In this document: positions 1-15,000 of the stretch, one piece after another
Position numbering within the stretch: position 1 is the stretch's first letter
Layout of the letters: each line of letters starts with the position of its first letter
Assembly (NCBI RefSeq): GCF_963921235.1
Contig: NC_086097.1
Coordinates: forward strand, 66,218,001-66,282,000
Direction: 5' to 3'
DNA: 64,000 bases
Source of the DNA: Mobula hypostoma
Lineage: Eukaryota
The notes under the pieces: model-generated
Databases searched by the model: none
The model's input: the letters and a program-made list of their open reading frames with translations, nothing else
Told to the model about the DNA's origin: nothing
Translations under genes and position numbers: made by a program

Positions 1-3000
1 GAGGCTGGAGGCTGGAAACTAGCGGCGAAGCGAGGCTGGAGGCTGGTGACTAGGGGCGAATCGAGGCTGGAGGCTGGAGACTGGAGGTGGGGCGAGGCTG
101 GAGACTAGAGACTGGAGACGCGAGGCGAGGCTGGAGATGTGAGACAAGTCGAGGCGAGAGTGGAGGCTGGAGATTAGTGGCGTGGCGAGGCTGGATATTA
201 GTGGCGATGCGAGGCTGGAGACTAGAGGCGAGGCAAGGCTGGAGGCTGGAGACTAGGGGTGAGGCGAGGCTGGAGACTAGGGGTGGAGTGAGGCTGGAGG
301 CTGGAGACTAGTGGCGAAGTGAGGCTGAAGACTGGAGGCGAGGCGAGGCTGGAGACTGGAGGCGAGGCGAGGCTGGAGACTAGGGGTGAGGCAAGGCTGG
401 AGGCTGGAGACTAGTGGCGAAGCGAAGCTGGAGGCTGTAGACTAGTGGCGAGGTTGGAGGCTAGGGGCGAGGCTGGAGGCTGGAGACTAGGGGCGAGGCG
501 AGGCTGGAGGCTGGAGACTAGGGGCGAGGCGAGGCTGGAGGCTGGAGACTAGGGGCGAGGCGAGGCTGGAGGCTGGAGACTAGGGGCGACGCGAGGCTGG
601 AGGCTGGAGACCGGGGGCGACGCGAGGCTGGAGGCTGGAGACTAGAAGCAAGGCTGGAGGCTGGAGACTAGGGGCGAGGCGAGGCTGGAGGCTGGAGACC
701 AGGGGCGAGGCGAGGCTGGAGGCTGGAGACCAGGGGCGAGGCTGGAGGCTGGAGACCAGATGCGAGGCGAGGCTGGAGGCTGGAGACGAGGCGAGGCTGG
801 AGGCTGGAGACTAGAGGATTGGCGAGGTTGGAGACTAGAGGATTGGCGACGCTGGTGATGTGAGACGTGTCGAGGCTGGAGACGCAAGGCGAGGCGAGAG
901 TGGAGGTTGGAGACTAGTGGCGAGGCGAGGCTGGAACTAGTGGCAAGGCGAGGCTGGAGACTAGGGGCGAGGCAAAACTGGAGGCTGGTGACTAGGGGCG
1001 AAGCGAAGCTGGAGGCTGTAGACTGGTGGCGAGGTTGGAGGCTAGGGGCGAGGCTGGAGGCTGGAGACTAGGGGCGAGGCGAGGCTGGAGTCTGGAGACT
1101 AGGGGCGAGGCGAGGCTGGAGGCTGGAGACTAGGGGCGAGGCGAGGCTGGAGGCTGGAGACTAGGGGCGAGGCGAGGCTGGAGGCTGGAGACTAGGGGCG
1201 AGGCGAGGCTGGAGGCTGGAGACTAGGGGCGAGGCGAGGCTGGAGGCTGGAGACTAGGGGCGAGGCGAGGCTGGAGGCTGGAGACTAGGGGCGAGGCGAG
1301 GCTGGAGGCTGGAGACTAGAGGCGAGGCGAGGCTGGAGGCTGGAGACTAGAGGCGAGGCTGGAGGCTGGAGACCCGGGGCGGGGCGAGGCTGGAGGCTGG
1401 AGGCTGGAGACCAGAGGCGACACGAGGCTGGAGGCTGGAGACAAGAAGCAAGGCTGGAGGCTGGAGACCCAGGGCGGGGCGAGGCTGGAGGCTGGAGACT
1501 AGAGGCGAGGCGAGGCTGGAGACTGGAGACTTGAGGCGAGGCGAGGCTGGAGTCTGGTGACTGGAGGCAGGGCGAGCCTGGAGACTAGAGGCGAGGCGAG
1601 GCGAGGCTGTAGACTAGAGACGAGGCGAGGCTGGAGACTAGAGACGAGGCGAGGCTGGAGACTAGAGACTAGAGGATTGGCGACGCTGGTGATGCGAGAC
1701 GAGTCGAGGCTGGAGAATAGGGGCAGGGCAAGGCGAGGCTGGAGGGTGGAGACGAGGGACGAGGCGAGGCTGGAGGCTGGAGACTAGAGGCGAGGCGAGG
1801 CTGGAGGCTGGAGACTAGAGGTGGGGCGAGTCTGGAGACAAGAGACTGGAGACCCGAGGCGAGGCTGGAGACTAGAGGAGAGGCGAGGCTGGAGACGCGA
1901 GACAAGTCGAGGCGAGAGTGGAGGCTGGAGACTAGTGGCGAGGCGAGGCTGGAGACTGGAGGCGAGGCGAGGCTGGAGACTGGAGGCGAGGCTGGAGACT
2001 AGGGGTGAGGCGAGGCTGGAGACTAGGGGTGGAGTGAGGCTGGAGGCTGGAGACTAGGGGCGAAGCGAAGCTGGAGGCTGTAGACTGGTGGCGAGGTTGG
2101 AGGCTAGGGGCGAGGCTGGAGGCTGGAGACTAGGGGCGAGGCGAGGCTGGAGGCTGGAGACTAGGGGCGAGGCGAGGCTGGAGGCTGGAGACTAGGGGCG
2201 AGGCGAGGCTGGAGGCTGGAGACCAGGGGCGAGGCTGGAGGCTGGAGACCAGGGGCGAGGCGAGGCTGGAGGCTGGAGACCAGGGGCGAGGCGAGGCTGG
2301 AGGCTGGAGACTAGGGGCGAGGCGAGGCTGGAGGCTGGAGACTAGAGGCGAGGCTGGAGGCTGGAGACGAGGCGAGGCTGGAGGCTGGGGACTAGAGGAT
2401 TGGCGAGGTTGGAGACTAGAGGATTGGCGAGGCTGGTGATGCGAGACGAGTCGAGGCTGGAGACACAAGGCGAGGCTGGAGACTAGGGGCAGGGCGAGCC
2501 GAGGCTGGAGGGTGGAGACTAGGGATGAGGCGAGGCTGGAGGCTGGAGACTAGGGGCGAGGCGAGGCTGGAGGCTGGAGACTAGGGGCGAGGCGAGGCTG
2601 GAGGCTGGAGACTAGCGGCGAGGCAAGGCTGGAGGCTGGAGACTAGGGGTGGAGTGAGGTTGGAGGCTGGAGACTAGTGGTGGAGTGAGGCTGGAGGCTG
2701 GAGACTAGGGGCGAGGCAAAACTGGAGGCTGGTGACTAGGGGCGAAGCGAAGCTGGAGGCTGTAGACTGGTGGCGAGGCTGGAGGCTGGAGACTAGGGGC
2801 GAGGCGAGGCTGGAGGCTGGAGACTAGGGGCGAGGCGAGGCTGGAGGCTGGAGACTAGTGGCGAGGCGAGGCTGGAGACTAGGGGTGGAGTGAGGTTGGA
2901 GGCTGGAGACTAGTGGTGGAGTGAGGCTGGAGGCTGGAGACTATTGGCGAGGCAAGGCTGGAGGCTGGAGACTAGGGGCGAGGCGAGGCTGGAGGCTGGA

Positions 3001-6000
3001 GACTGGTGGCGAGGCTGGAGGCTGGAGACTAGGGGCGAGGCGAGGCTGGAGGCTGGAGACTAGGGGCGAGGCGAGGCTGGAGGCTGGAGACTAGGGGCGA
3101 GGCGAGGCTGGAGGCTGGAGACTAGGGGCGAGGCGAGGCTGGAGGCTGGAGACTAGGGGCGAGGCGAGGCTGGAGGCTGGAGACTAGGGGCGAGGCGAGG
3201 CTGGAGGCTGGAGACTAGGGGCGAGGCGAGGCTGGAGGCTGGAGACTAGGGGCGAGGCGAGGCTGGAGGCTGGAGACTAGGGGCGAGGCGAGGCTGGAGG
3301 CTGGAGACTAGGGGCGTGGCGAGGCTGGAGGCTGGAGACTAGGGGCGAGGCGAGGCTGGAGGCTGGAGACTAGGGGCGAGGCGAGGCTGGAGGCTGGAGA
3401 CTAGGGGCGAGGCGAGGCTGGAGGCTGGAGACTAGGGGCGAGGCGAGGCTGGAGGCTGGAGACTAGGGGCGAGGCGAGGCTGGAGGCTGGAGACTAGGGG
3501 CGAGGCGAGGCTGTAGGCTGGAGACTAGAGGCGAGGTGAGGCTGGAGGCTGGAGACTGGGGGTGAGGCGAGGCTGGAGGCTGGAGGCTGGAGACCAGAGG
3601 CGAGGCGAGGCTGGAGGGTGGAGACTAGGGACGAGGCGAGGCTGGAGGCTGGAGACCCGGGGCGAGGCTGGAGGCTGGAGACTAGAGGCGAGGCGAGGCT
3701 GGAGACTGGAGACTGGAGACTTGAGGCGAGGCGAGGCTGGAGGCTGGAGACTAGAGGCGGGGCGAGGCTGGAGACTAGAGGCGAGGCGAGGCTGGAGACT
3801 AGAGACGAGGCGAGGCTGGAGACTAGAGACTAGAGGATTGGCGACGCTGGTGATGCGAGACGAGTCGAGGCTGGAGAATAGGGGCAGGGCAAGGCGAGGC
3901 TGGAGGGTGGAGACGAGGGACGAGGCGAGGCTGGAGGCTGGAGACTAGAGGCGTGGCGAGGCTGGAGGCTGGAGACTAGAGGCGGGGCGAGGCTGGAGAC
4001 TAGAGACTGGAGACGCGAGACGAGTCGAGGCGAGAGTGGAGGCTGGAGACTAGTGGCGAGGCGAGGCTGGAGACTGGAGGCGAGGTGAGGCTGGAGGCTG
4101 GAGACTAGGGGCGAGGCGAGGCTGGAGGCTGGAGACTAGGGGCGAGGCGAGGCTGGAGGCTGGAGACTGGGGGTGAGGCGAGGCTGGAGGCTGGAGGCTG
4201 GAGACCAGAGGCGACGCGAGGCTGGAGGCTGGAGACTAGAAGCAAGGCTGGAGGCTGGAGACCCGTGGCGGGGCGAGGCTGGAGGCTGGAGACTAGAGGC
4301 GAGGCGAGGCTGGAGACTGGAGACTTGAGGCGAGGCGAGGCTGGAGTCTGGTGACTGAAGGCAGGGCGAGCCTGGAGACTAGAGGCGAGGCGAGGCTGTA
4401 GACTAGAGACGAGGCGAGGCTGTAGACTAGAGACCAGAGGATTGGCGATGCTGGTGATGCGAGACGAGTCGAGGCTGGAGAATAGGGGCAGGGCAAGGCG
4501 AGGCTGGAGGGTGGAGACTGGGGGTGAGGCGAGGCTGGAGGCTGGAAACTAGTGGCGTGGCAAGGCTGGAGGCTGGAGACTAGAGGCGGGGCGAGGCTGG
4601 AGACAAGAGACTGGAGACCCGAGGCGAGGCTGGAGACTAGAGGAGAGGCGAGGCTGGAGACGCGAGACGAGTCGAGGCGAGAGTGGAGGCTGGAGACTAG
4701 TGGCGAGGCGAGGCTGAAGACTGGAGGCGAGGCGAGACTGGAGGCGAGGCGAGGCTGGAGACAGGAGGCGAGGCGAGGCTGGAGGCTGGAGACAAGGGGC
4801 GAGGCGAGGCTAGAGGCTGGAGACTCGGGGTGGAGTGAGGCTGGAGGCTGGAGACTAGGGGCGAAGCGAAGCTGGAGGCTGTAGACTAGTGGCGAGGTTG
4901 GAGGCTAGGGGCGAGGCTGGAGGCTGGAGACTAGGGGCGAGGCGAGGCTGGAGGCTGGAGACTAGGGGCGAGGCGAGGCTGGACGCTGGAGAGTAGGGGC
5001 GAGGCGAGGCTGGACGCTGGAGACTAGGGGCGAGGCGAGGCTGGAGGCTGGAGACCGGGGCGAGGCGAGGCTGGAGGCTGGAGACCAGGGGCGAGGCGAG
5101 TCTAGAGGCTGGAGACCAGGGGCGAGGCTGGAGGCTGGAGACGAGGCGAGGCTGGAGACGAGGCGAGGCTGGAGGCTGGATACTAGAGGATTGGCGAGGT
5201 TGGAGACTAGAGGATTGGCGAGGCTGGTGTTGCGAGACGAGTCGAGGCTGGAGACGCAAGGCGAGGCTGGAGACTAGGGGCAGGGCGAGGCGAGGCTGGC
5301 GGGTGGAGACTCGGGACAAGGCGAGGCTGGAGGCTGGAGACTAGCGGCGAGGCGAGGCTGGAGGCTGGTGACTAGGGGCGAAGCGAGGCTGGAGGCTGGA
5401 GACTAGCGGCGAGGCGAGGCTGGAGGCTGGAGACTGGGGGCGAAGCGAGGCTGGAGGCTGGTGACTATGGGCGAAGCGAGGCTGGAGGCTGGAGACTAGA
5501 GGCGGGGCGAGTCTGGAGGCTGGAGACTAGAGGCGGGGTGAGGCTGGAGGCTGGAGACTAGAGGTGGGGCGAGTCTGGAGACAAGAGACTGGAGACCCGA
5601 GGCGAGGCTGGAGACTAGAGGAGAGGCGAGGCTGGAGACGCGAGACAAGTCGAGGCGAGAGTGGAGGCTGGAGACTAGTGGCGAGGCGAGGCTGGAGACT
5701 GGAGGCGAGGCGAGGCTGGAGACTGGAGGCGAGGCTGGAGACTAGGGGTGAGGCGAGGCTGGAGACTAGGGGTGGAGTGAGGCTGGAGGCTGGAGACTAG
5801 TGGCGAAGCGAAGCTGGAGGCTGTAAACTAGTGGCGAGGTTGGAGGCTAGGGGCGAGGTTGGAGGCTGGAGACTAGGGGCGAGGCGAGGCTGGACGCTGG
5901 AGAGTAGGGGCGAGGCGAGGCTGGAGGCTGGAGACCAGGGGCGAGGCGAGGCTGGAGGCTGGAGACCAGGGGCGAGGCTGGAGGCTGGAGACCAGGGGCG

Positions 6001-9000
6001 AGGCGAGGCTGGAGGCTGGAGACCAGGGGCGAGGCGAGGCTGGAGGCTGGAGACCAGGGGCGAGGCGAGTCTAGAGGCTGGAGACCAGAGGCGAGGCTGG
6101 AGGCTGGAGACGAGGCGAGGCTGGAGGCTGGGGACTAGAGGATTGGCGAGGTTGGAGACTAGAGGATTGGCGAGGCTGGTGTTGCGAGACGAGTCGAGGC
6201 TGGAGACGCAAGGCGAGGCTGGAGACTAGGGGCAGGGCGAGGCGAGGCTGGCGGGTGGAGACTCGGGACAAGGCGAGGCTGGAGGCTGGAGACTAGCGGC
6301 GAGGCGAGGCTGGAGGCTGGAGACTAGGGGCGAGGCGAGGCTGGAGGCTGGAGACTAGAGGCGAGGCGAGGCTGGAGGCTGGAGACTGGAGGCGAGGCGA
6401 GGCTGGAGGCTGGTGACTATGGGCGAAGCGAGGCTGGAGGCTGGAGACTAGAGGCGGGGCGAGGCTGGAGGCTGGAGACTAGAGGCGGGGTGAGGCTGGA
6501 GGCTGGAGACTAGGGGCGAGGCGAGGCTGGAGACTAGAGGCGAGGCGAGGCTGGAGGCTGGAGACTGGTGGCGAGGCGAGGCTGGAGACTAGTGGCGAGG
6601 CGAGGCTGGAGACTAGGGGTGGAGTGAGGCTGGAGGCTGGAGACTAGGGGTGGAGTGAGGCTGGAGACTAGGGGTGAGGCAAAACTGGAGGCTGGTGACT
6701 AGGGGCGAAGCGAAGCTGGAGGCTGTAGACTGGTGGCGAGGCTGGAGGCTGGAGACTAGGGGCGAGGCGAGGCTGGAGGCTGGAGACTAGGGGCGAGGCG
6801 AGGCTGGAGGCTGGAGACTAGGGGCGAGGCGAGGCTGGAGGCTGGAGACTAGGGGCGAGGCGAGGCTGGAGGCTGGAGACTAGGGGCGAGGCGAGGCTGG
6901 AGGCTGGAGACTAGGGGCGAGGCGAGGCTGGAGGCTGGAGACTAGGGGCGAGGCGAGGCTGGAGGCTGGAGACTAGGGGCGAGGCGAGGCTGGAGGCTGG
7001 AGACTAGGGGCGTGGCGAGGCTGGAGGCTGGAGACTAGGGGCGAGGCGAGGCTGGAGGCTGGAGACTAGGGGCGAGGCGAGGCTGGAGGCTGGAGACTAG
7101 GGGCGAGGCGAGGCTGGAGGCTGGAGACTAGGGGCGAGGCGAGGCTCGTGGCTGGAGACTAGAGGCGAAGTGAGGCTGGAGGCTGGAGACTGGGGGTGAG
7201 GCGAGGCTGGAGGCTGGAGGCTGGAGACCAGAGGCGACGCGAGGCTGGAGGCTGGAGACTAGAAGCAAGGCTGGAGGCTGGAGACCCGGGGCGGGGCGAG
7301 GCTGGAGGCTGGAGGCTGGAGACCAGAGGCGACACGAGGCTGGAGGCTGGAGACAAGAAGCAAGGCTGGAGGCTGGAGACCCAGGGCGGGGCGAGGCTGG
7401 AGGCTGGAGACTAGAGGCGAGGCGAGGCTGGAGACTGGAGACTTGAGGCGAGGCGAGGCTGGAGTCTGGTGACTGGAGGCAGGGCGAGCCTGGAGACTAG
7501 AGGCGAGGCGAGGCGAGGCTGGAGACTAGAGACATGGCGAGGCTGGAGACTAGAGACATGGCGAGGCTGGAGGCTGGAGACTAGAGACTAGAGGATTGGC
7601 GACGCTGGTGATGCGAGACGAGTCGAGGCTGGAGAATAGGGGCAGGGCAAGGCGAGGCTGGAGGGTGGAGACGAGGGACGAGGCGAGGCTGGAGGCTGGA
7701 AACTAGTGGCGTGGCAAGGCTGGAGGCTGGAGACTAGAGGTGGGGCGAGTCTGGAGACAAGAGACTGGAGACCCGAGGCGAGGCTGGAGACTAGAGGAGA
7801 GGCGAGGCTGGAGACGCGAGACAAGTCGAGGCGAGAGTGGAGGCTGGAGACTAGTGGCGAGGCGAGGCTGGAGACTGGAGGCGAGGCGAGGCTGGAGACT
7901 GGAGGCGAGGCTGGAGACTAGGGGTGAGGCGAGGCTGGAGACTGGAGACTGGAGACTTGAGGCGAGGCGAGGCTGGAGTCTGGTGACTGGAGGCAGGGCG
8001 AGCCTGGAGACTAGAAGCGAGGCGAGGCTGTAGACTAGAGACGAGGCGAGGCTGGAGGCTGGAGACTAGAGGATTGGCGAGGCTGGTGATGCGAGACGAG
8101 TCGAGGCTGGAGACTAGGGGCAGGGCAAGGCGAGGCTGGAGGGTGGAGACGAGGGACGAGGCGAGGCTGGAGGCTGGACACTAGTGGCGTGGCAAGGCTG
8201 GAGGCTGGAGACTAGAGGCGGGGCGAGGCTGGAGACTAGAGACTGGAGACGCGAGACGAGTCGAGGCGAGAGTGGAGGCTGGAGACTAGTGGCGAGGCGA
8301 GGCTGGAGACTGGAGGCGAGGTGAGGCTGGAGGCTGGAGACTAGGGGCGAATCGAGCCTCGAGGCTGGAGCCTAGGGGCGAAGCGAGGCTGGAGGCTGGA
8401 GACTGGGGGTGAGGCGAGGCTGGAGGCTGGAGGCTGGAGACCAGAGGCGACGCGAGGCTGGAGGCTGGAGACTAGAAGCGAGGCTGGAGGCTGGAGACCC
8501 GTGGCGGGGCGAGGCTGGAGGCTGGAGACTAGAGGCGAGGCGAGGCTGGAGACTGGAGACTTGAGGCGAGGCGAGGCTGGAGGCTGGAGACTGGAGGCCA
8601 GGGCGAGGCTGGAGACTAGAGGCGAGGCGAGGCTGTAGACTAGAGACGAGGCGAGGCTGTAGACTAGAGACCAGAGGATTGGCGATGCTGGTGATGCGAG
8701 ACGAGTCGAGGCTGGAGAATAGGGGCAGGGCAAGGCGAGGCTGGAGGGTGCAGACGAGGGACGAGGCGAGGCTGGAGGCTGGAGACTAGGGGCGAGGCAA
8801 GGCTGGAGGCTGGAGACTAGAGACGGGGCGAGGCTGGAGACTAGAGACTGGAGACGCGAAGCGAGGCTGGAGACTAGAGGAGAGGCGAGGCTGGAGACGC
8901 GAGACGAGTCGAGGCGAGAGTGGAGGCTGGAGACTAGTGGCGAGGCGAGGCTGAAGACTGGAGGCGAGGCGAGACTGGAGGCGAGGCGAGGCTGGAGACT

Positions 9001-12000
9001 GGAGGCGAGGCGAGGCGAGGCTGGAGACTAGGGGTGGGGCGAGGCTGGAGACTAGGGGTGGAGTGAGGCTGGAGGCTGGTGACTAGGGGCGAAGCGAAGC
9101 TGGAGGCTGTAGACTAGTGGCGAGGTTGGAGGCTAGGGGCGAGGCTGGAGGCTGGAGACTAGGGGCGAGGCGAGGCTGGAGGCTGGAGACTAGGGGCGAG
9201 GCGAGGCTGGAGGCTGGAGACTAGGGGCGAGGCGAGGCTGGAGGCTGGAGACTAGGGGCGAGGCGAGGCTGGAGGCTGGAGACCAGGGGCGAGGCGAGGC
9301 TGGAGGCTGGAGACTAGGGGCGAGGCGAGGCTGGAGGCTGGAGACTGGAGTAGAGTCGGGGCGAGGCTGGAGACTAGAGGCGAGGCGAGGCTGGAGACTA
9401 GAGACATGGCGAGGCTGGAGGCTGGAGACTAGAGGATTGGCGAGGTTGGAGACTAGAGGATTGGCGAGGCTGGTGATGCGAGACGAGTCGAGGCTGGAGA
9501 CACAAGGCGAGGCTGGAGACTAGGGGCAGGGCGAGCCGAGGCTGGAGGGTGGAGACTAGGGATGAGGTGAGGCTGGAGGCTGGAGACTAGGGGCGAGGCG
9601 AGGCTGGAGGCTGGAGACTAGGGGCGAGGCGAGGCTGGAGGCTGGAGACTAGGGGCGAGGCGAGGCTGGAGGCTGGAGACTGGGGGCGACGCGAGTCTGG
9701 AGGCTAGTGACTATGGGCGAAGCGAGGCTGGAGGCTGGAGACTAGAGGCGGGGCGAGGCTGGAGGCTGGAGACTAGAGGCGGGGCGAGGCTGGAGGCTGG
9801 AGACTACAGGCGGGGCTGGAGACTGGAGACGCGAGGCGAGGCTGGAGACGAGAGGAGAGACGAGGCTGGAGACGCGAGGCAAGGCGAGAGTGGAGGTTGG
9901 AGACTGGTGGCGAGGCGAGGCTGGAGACTAGTGGCAAGGCGAGGCTGGAGACTAGGGGTGGAGTGAGGTTGGAGGCTGGAGACTAGGGGTGGAGTGAGGC
10001 TGGAGGCTGGAGACTAGGGGCGAGGCAAAACTGGAGGCTGGTGACTAGGGGCGAAGCGAAGCTGGAGGCTGTAGACTGGTGGCGAGGCTGGAGGCTGGAG
10101 ACTAGGGGCGAGGCGAGGCTGGAGGCTGGAGACTAGGGGCGAGGCGAGGCTGGAGGCTGGAGACTAGGGGCGAGGCTGGAGGCTGGAGACTAGGGGCGAG
10201 GCGAGGCTGGAGGCTGGAGACTAGGGGCGAGGCGAGGCTGGAGGCTGGAGACTAGGGGCGAGGCGAGGCTGGAGGCTGGAGACTAGGGGCGAGGCGAGGC
10301 TGGAGGCTGGAGACTAGGGGCGAGGCGAGGCTGGAGGCTGGAGACTAGGGGCGAGGCGAGGCTGGAGGCTGGAGACTAGGGGCGAGGCGAGGCTGGAGGC
10401 TGGAGACTAGGGGCGAGGCGAGGCTGGAGGCTGGAGACTAGGGGCGTGGCGAGGCTGGAGGCTGGAGACTAGGGGCGAGGCGAGGCTGGAGGCTGGAGAC
10501 TAGGGGCGAGGCGAGGCTGGAGGCTGGAGACTAGGGGCGAGGCGAGGCTGGAGACTAGGGGCGAGGCGAGGCTGGAGGCTGGAGACTAGGGGCGAGGCGA
10601 GGCTGGAGGCTGGAGACTAGGGGCGAGGCGAGGCTCGTGGCTGGAGACTAGAGGCGAAGTGAAGCTGGAGGCTGGAGACTGGGGGTGAGGCGAGGCTGGA
10701 GGCTGGAGGCTGGAGACCAGAGGCGACGCGAGGCTGGAGGGTGGAGTCTAGAAGCAAGGCTGGAGGCTGGAGACCCGGGGCGGGGCGAGGCTGGAGGCTG
10801 GAGACTAGAGGCGAGGCGAGGCTGGAGACTGGAGACTGGAGACTTGAGGCGAGGCGAGGCTGGAGTCTGGTGACTGGAGGCAGGGCGAGCCTGGAGACTA
10901 GAAGCGAGGCGAGGCTGTAGACTAGAGACGAGGCGAGGCTGGAGACTAGAGACTAGAGGATTGGCGACGCTGGTGATGCGAGACGAGTCGAGGCTGGAGA
11001 ATAGGGGCAGGGCAAGGCGAGGCTGGAGGGTGGAGACGAGGGACGAGGCGAGGCTGGAGGCTGGAAACTAGTGGCGTGGCAAGGCTGGAGGCTGGAGACT
11101 AGAGGCGGGGCGAGGCTGGAGACTAGAGACTGGAGACGCGAGACGAGTCGAGGCGAGAGTGGAGGCTGGAGACTAGTGGCGAGGCGAGGCTGGAGACTGG
11201 AGGCGAGGTGAAGCTGGAGACTGGAGACTAGGGGCGAATCGAGCCTCGAGGCTGGAGACTAGGGGCGAAGCGAGGCTGGAGGCTGGAGACTGGGGGTGAG
11301 GCGAGGCTGGAGGCTGGAGGCTGGAGACCAGAGGCGACGCGAGGCTGGAGGCTGGAGACTAGAAGCAAGGCTGGAGGCTGGAGACCCGGGGCGGGGCGAG
11401 GCTGGAGGCTGGAGACTAGAGGCGAGGCGAGGCTGGAGACTGGAGACTTGAGGCGAGGCGAGGCTGGAGTCTGGTGACTGAAGGCAGGGCGAGGCTGTAG
11501 ACTAGAGACGAGGCGAGGCTGGAGACTAGAGACGAGGCGAGGCTGGAGACTAGAGACTAGAGGATTGGCGACGCTGGTGATGCGAGACGAGTCGAGGCTG
11601 GAGAATAGGGGCAGGGCAAGGCGAGGCTGGAGGGTGCAGACGAGGGACGAGGCGAGGCTGGAGGCTGGAAACTAGTGGCGTGGCAAGGCTGGAGGCTGGA
11701 GACTAGAGGCGGGGCGAGGCTGGAGACAAGAGACTGGAGACCCGAGGCGAGGCTGGAGACTAGAGGAGAGGCGAGGCTGGAGACGCGAGACGAGTCGAGG
11801 CGAGAGTGGAGGCTGGAGACTAGTGGCGAGGCGAGGCTGAAGACTGGAGGCGAGGCGAGACTGGAGGCGAGGCGAGGCTGGAGACTGGAGGCGAGGCGAG
11901 GCGAGGCTGGAGACTAGGGGTGAGGCGAGGCGAGGCTGGAGACTAGGGGTGGAGTGAGGCTGGAGGCTGGAGACTAGTGGCGAAGCGAAGCTGGAGGCTG

Positions 12001-15000
12001 TAGACTAGTGGCGAGGTTGGAGGCTAGGGGCGAGGCTGAAGGCTGGAGACTAGGGGCGAGGCGAGGCTGGAGGCTGGAGACTAGGGGCGAGGCGAGGCTG
12101 GAGGCTGGAGAGTAGGGGCGAGGCGAGGCTGGACGCTGGAGACTAGGGGCGAGGCGAGGCTGGACGCTGGAGACTAGGGGCGAGGCGAGGCTGGAGGCTG
12201 GAGACCGGGGCGAGGCGAGGCTGGAGGCTGGAGACCAGGGGCGAGGCGAGTCTAGAGGCTGGAGACCAGGGGCGAGGCTGGAGGCTGGAGACGAGGCGAG
12301 GCTGGAGACGAGGCGAGGCTGGAGGCTGGAGACTAGAGGTTTGGCGAGGTTGGAGACTAGAGGATTGGCGAGGCTGGTGTTGCGAGACGAGTCGAGGCTG
12401 GAGACGCAAGGCGAGGCTGGAGACTAGGGGCAGGGCGAGGCGAGGCTGGCGGGTGGAGACTCGGGACAAGGCGAGGCTGGAGGCTGGAGACTAGCGGCGA
12501 GGCAAGGCTGGAGGCTGGTGACTAGGGGCGAAGCGAGGCTGGAGGCTGGAGACTAGCGGCGAGGCAAGGCTGGAGGCTGGCGACTGGGGGCGAAGCGAGT
12601 CTGGAGGCTAGTGACTATGGGCGAAGCGAGGCTGGAGGCTGGAGACTAGAGGCGGGGCGAGTCTGGAGGCTGGAGACTAGAGGCGGGGTGAGGCTGGAGG
12701 CTGGAGACTAGAGGTGGGACTGGAGACTGGAGACGCCAGGCGAGGCTGGAGACTAGAGGAGAGACGAGGCTGGAGACGCGAGGCAAGGCGAGAGTGGAGG
12801 TTGGAGACTGGTGGCGAGGCGATGCTGGAGACTAGTGGCAAGGCGATGCTGGAGACTAGGGGTGGAGTGAGGTTGGAGGCTGGAGATTAGTGGTGGAGTG
12901 AGGCTGGAGGCTGGAGACTAGGGGCGAGGCAAAACTGGAGGCTGGTGACTAGGGGCGAAGCGAAGCTGGAGGCTAGGGGCGAGGCTGGAGTCTGGAGACT
13001 AGGGGCGAGGCGAGGCTGGAGTCTGGAGACTAGGGGCGAGGCGAGGCTGGAGGCTGGAGACTAGGGGCGAGGCGAGGCTGGAGGCTGGAGACTAGGGGCG
13101 AGGCGAGGCTGGAGGCTGGAGACTAGGGGCGAGGCGAGGCTGGAGGCTGGAGACTAGGGGCGAGGCGAGGCTGGAGGCTGGAGACTAGGGGCGAGGCGAG
13201 GCTGGAGGCTGGAGACTAGGGGCGAGGCGAGGCTGGAGGCTGGAGACTAGGGGCGAGGCGAGGCTGGAGGCTGGAGACTAGGGGCGAGGCGAGGCTGGAG
13301 GCTGGAGACTAGGGGCGAGGCGAGGCTGGAGGCTGGAGACTAGGGGCGAGGCGAGGCTCGTGGCTGGAGACTAGAGGCGAAGTGAAGCTGGAGGCTGGAG
13401 ACTGGGGGTGAGGCGAGGCTGGAGGCTGGAGGCTGGAGACCAGAGGCGACGCGAGGCTGGAGGGTGGAGTCTAGAAGCAAGGCTGGAGGCTGGAGACCCG
13501 GGGCGGGGCGAGGCTGGAGGCTGGAGACTAGAGGCGAGGCGAGGCTGGAGACTGGAGACTGGAGACTTGAGGCGAGGCGAGGCTGGAGTCTGGTGACTGG
13601 AGGCAGGGCGAGCCTGGAGACTAGAAGCGAGGCGAGGCTGAGACTAGAGACGAGGCGAGGCTGGAGACTAGAGACTAGAGGATTGGCGACGCTGGTGATG
13701 CGAGACGAGTCGAGGCTGGAGAATAGGGGCAGGGCAAGGCGAGGCTGGAGGGTGGAGACGAGGGACGAGGCGAGGCTGGAGGCTGGAAACTAGTGGCGTG
13801 GCAAGGCTGGAGGCTGGAGACTAGAGGCGGGGTGAGGCTGGAGACTAGAGACTGGAGACGCGAGACGAGTCGAGGCGAGAGTGGAGGCTGGAGACTAGTG
13901 GCGAGGCGAGGCTGGAGACTGGAGGCGAGGTGAGGCTGGAGACTGGAGACTAGCGGCGAATCGAGCCTCGAGGCTGGAGACTAGGGGCGAAGCGAGGCTG
14001 GAGGCTGGAGACTGGGGGTGAGGCGAGGCTGGAGGCTGGAGGCTGGAGACCAGAGGCGACGCGAGGCTGGAGGCTGGAGACTAGAAGCAAGGCTGGAGGC
14101 TGGAGACCCGGGGCGGGGCGAGGCTGGAGGCTGGAGACTAGAGGCGAGGCGAGGCTGGAGACTGGAGACTTGAGGCGAGGCGAGGCTGGAGTCTGGTGAC
14201 TGAAGGCAGGGCGAGCCTGGAGACTAGAGGCGAGGCGAGGCTGTAGACTAGAGACGAGGCGAGGCTGTAGACTAGAGACCAGAGGATTGGCGATGCTGGT
14301 GATGCGAGACGAGTCGAGGCTGGAGAATAGGGGCAGGGCAAGGCGAGGCTGGAGGGTGCAGACGAGGGACGAGGCGAGGCTGGAGGCTGGAAACTAGTGG
14401 CGTGGCAAGGCTGGAGGCTGGAGACTAGAGGCGGGGCGAGGCTGGAGACAAGAGACTGGAGACCCGAGGCGAGGCTGGAGACTAGAGGAGAGGCGAGGCT
14501 GGAGACGCGAGACGAGTCGAGGCGAGAGTGGAGGCTGGAGACTAGTGGCGAGGCGAGGCTGAAGACTGGAGGCGAGGCGAGACTGGAGGCGAGGCGAGGC
14601 TGGAGACTGGAGGCGAGGCGAGGCGAGGCTGGAGACTAGGGGTGAGGCGAGGCTGGAGACTAGGGGTGGAGTGAGGCTGGAGGCTGGAGACTAGTGGCGA
14701 AGCGAAGCTGGAGGCTGTAGACTAGTGGCGAGGTTGGAGGCTAGGGGCGAGGCTGAAGGCTGGAGACTAGGGGCGAGGCGAGGCTGGAGGCTGGAGACTA
14801 GGGGCGAGGCGAGGCTGGAGGCTGGAGACTAGGGGCGAGGCGAGGCTGGAGGCTGGAGACTAGGGGCGAGGCGAGGCTGGAGGCTGGAGACCAGGGGCGA
14901 GGCGAGGCTGGAGGCTGGAGTCCAGGGGCGAGGCGAGTCTAGAGGCTGGAGACCAGGGGCGAGGCTGGAGGCTGGAGACGAGGCGAGGCTGGAGACGAGG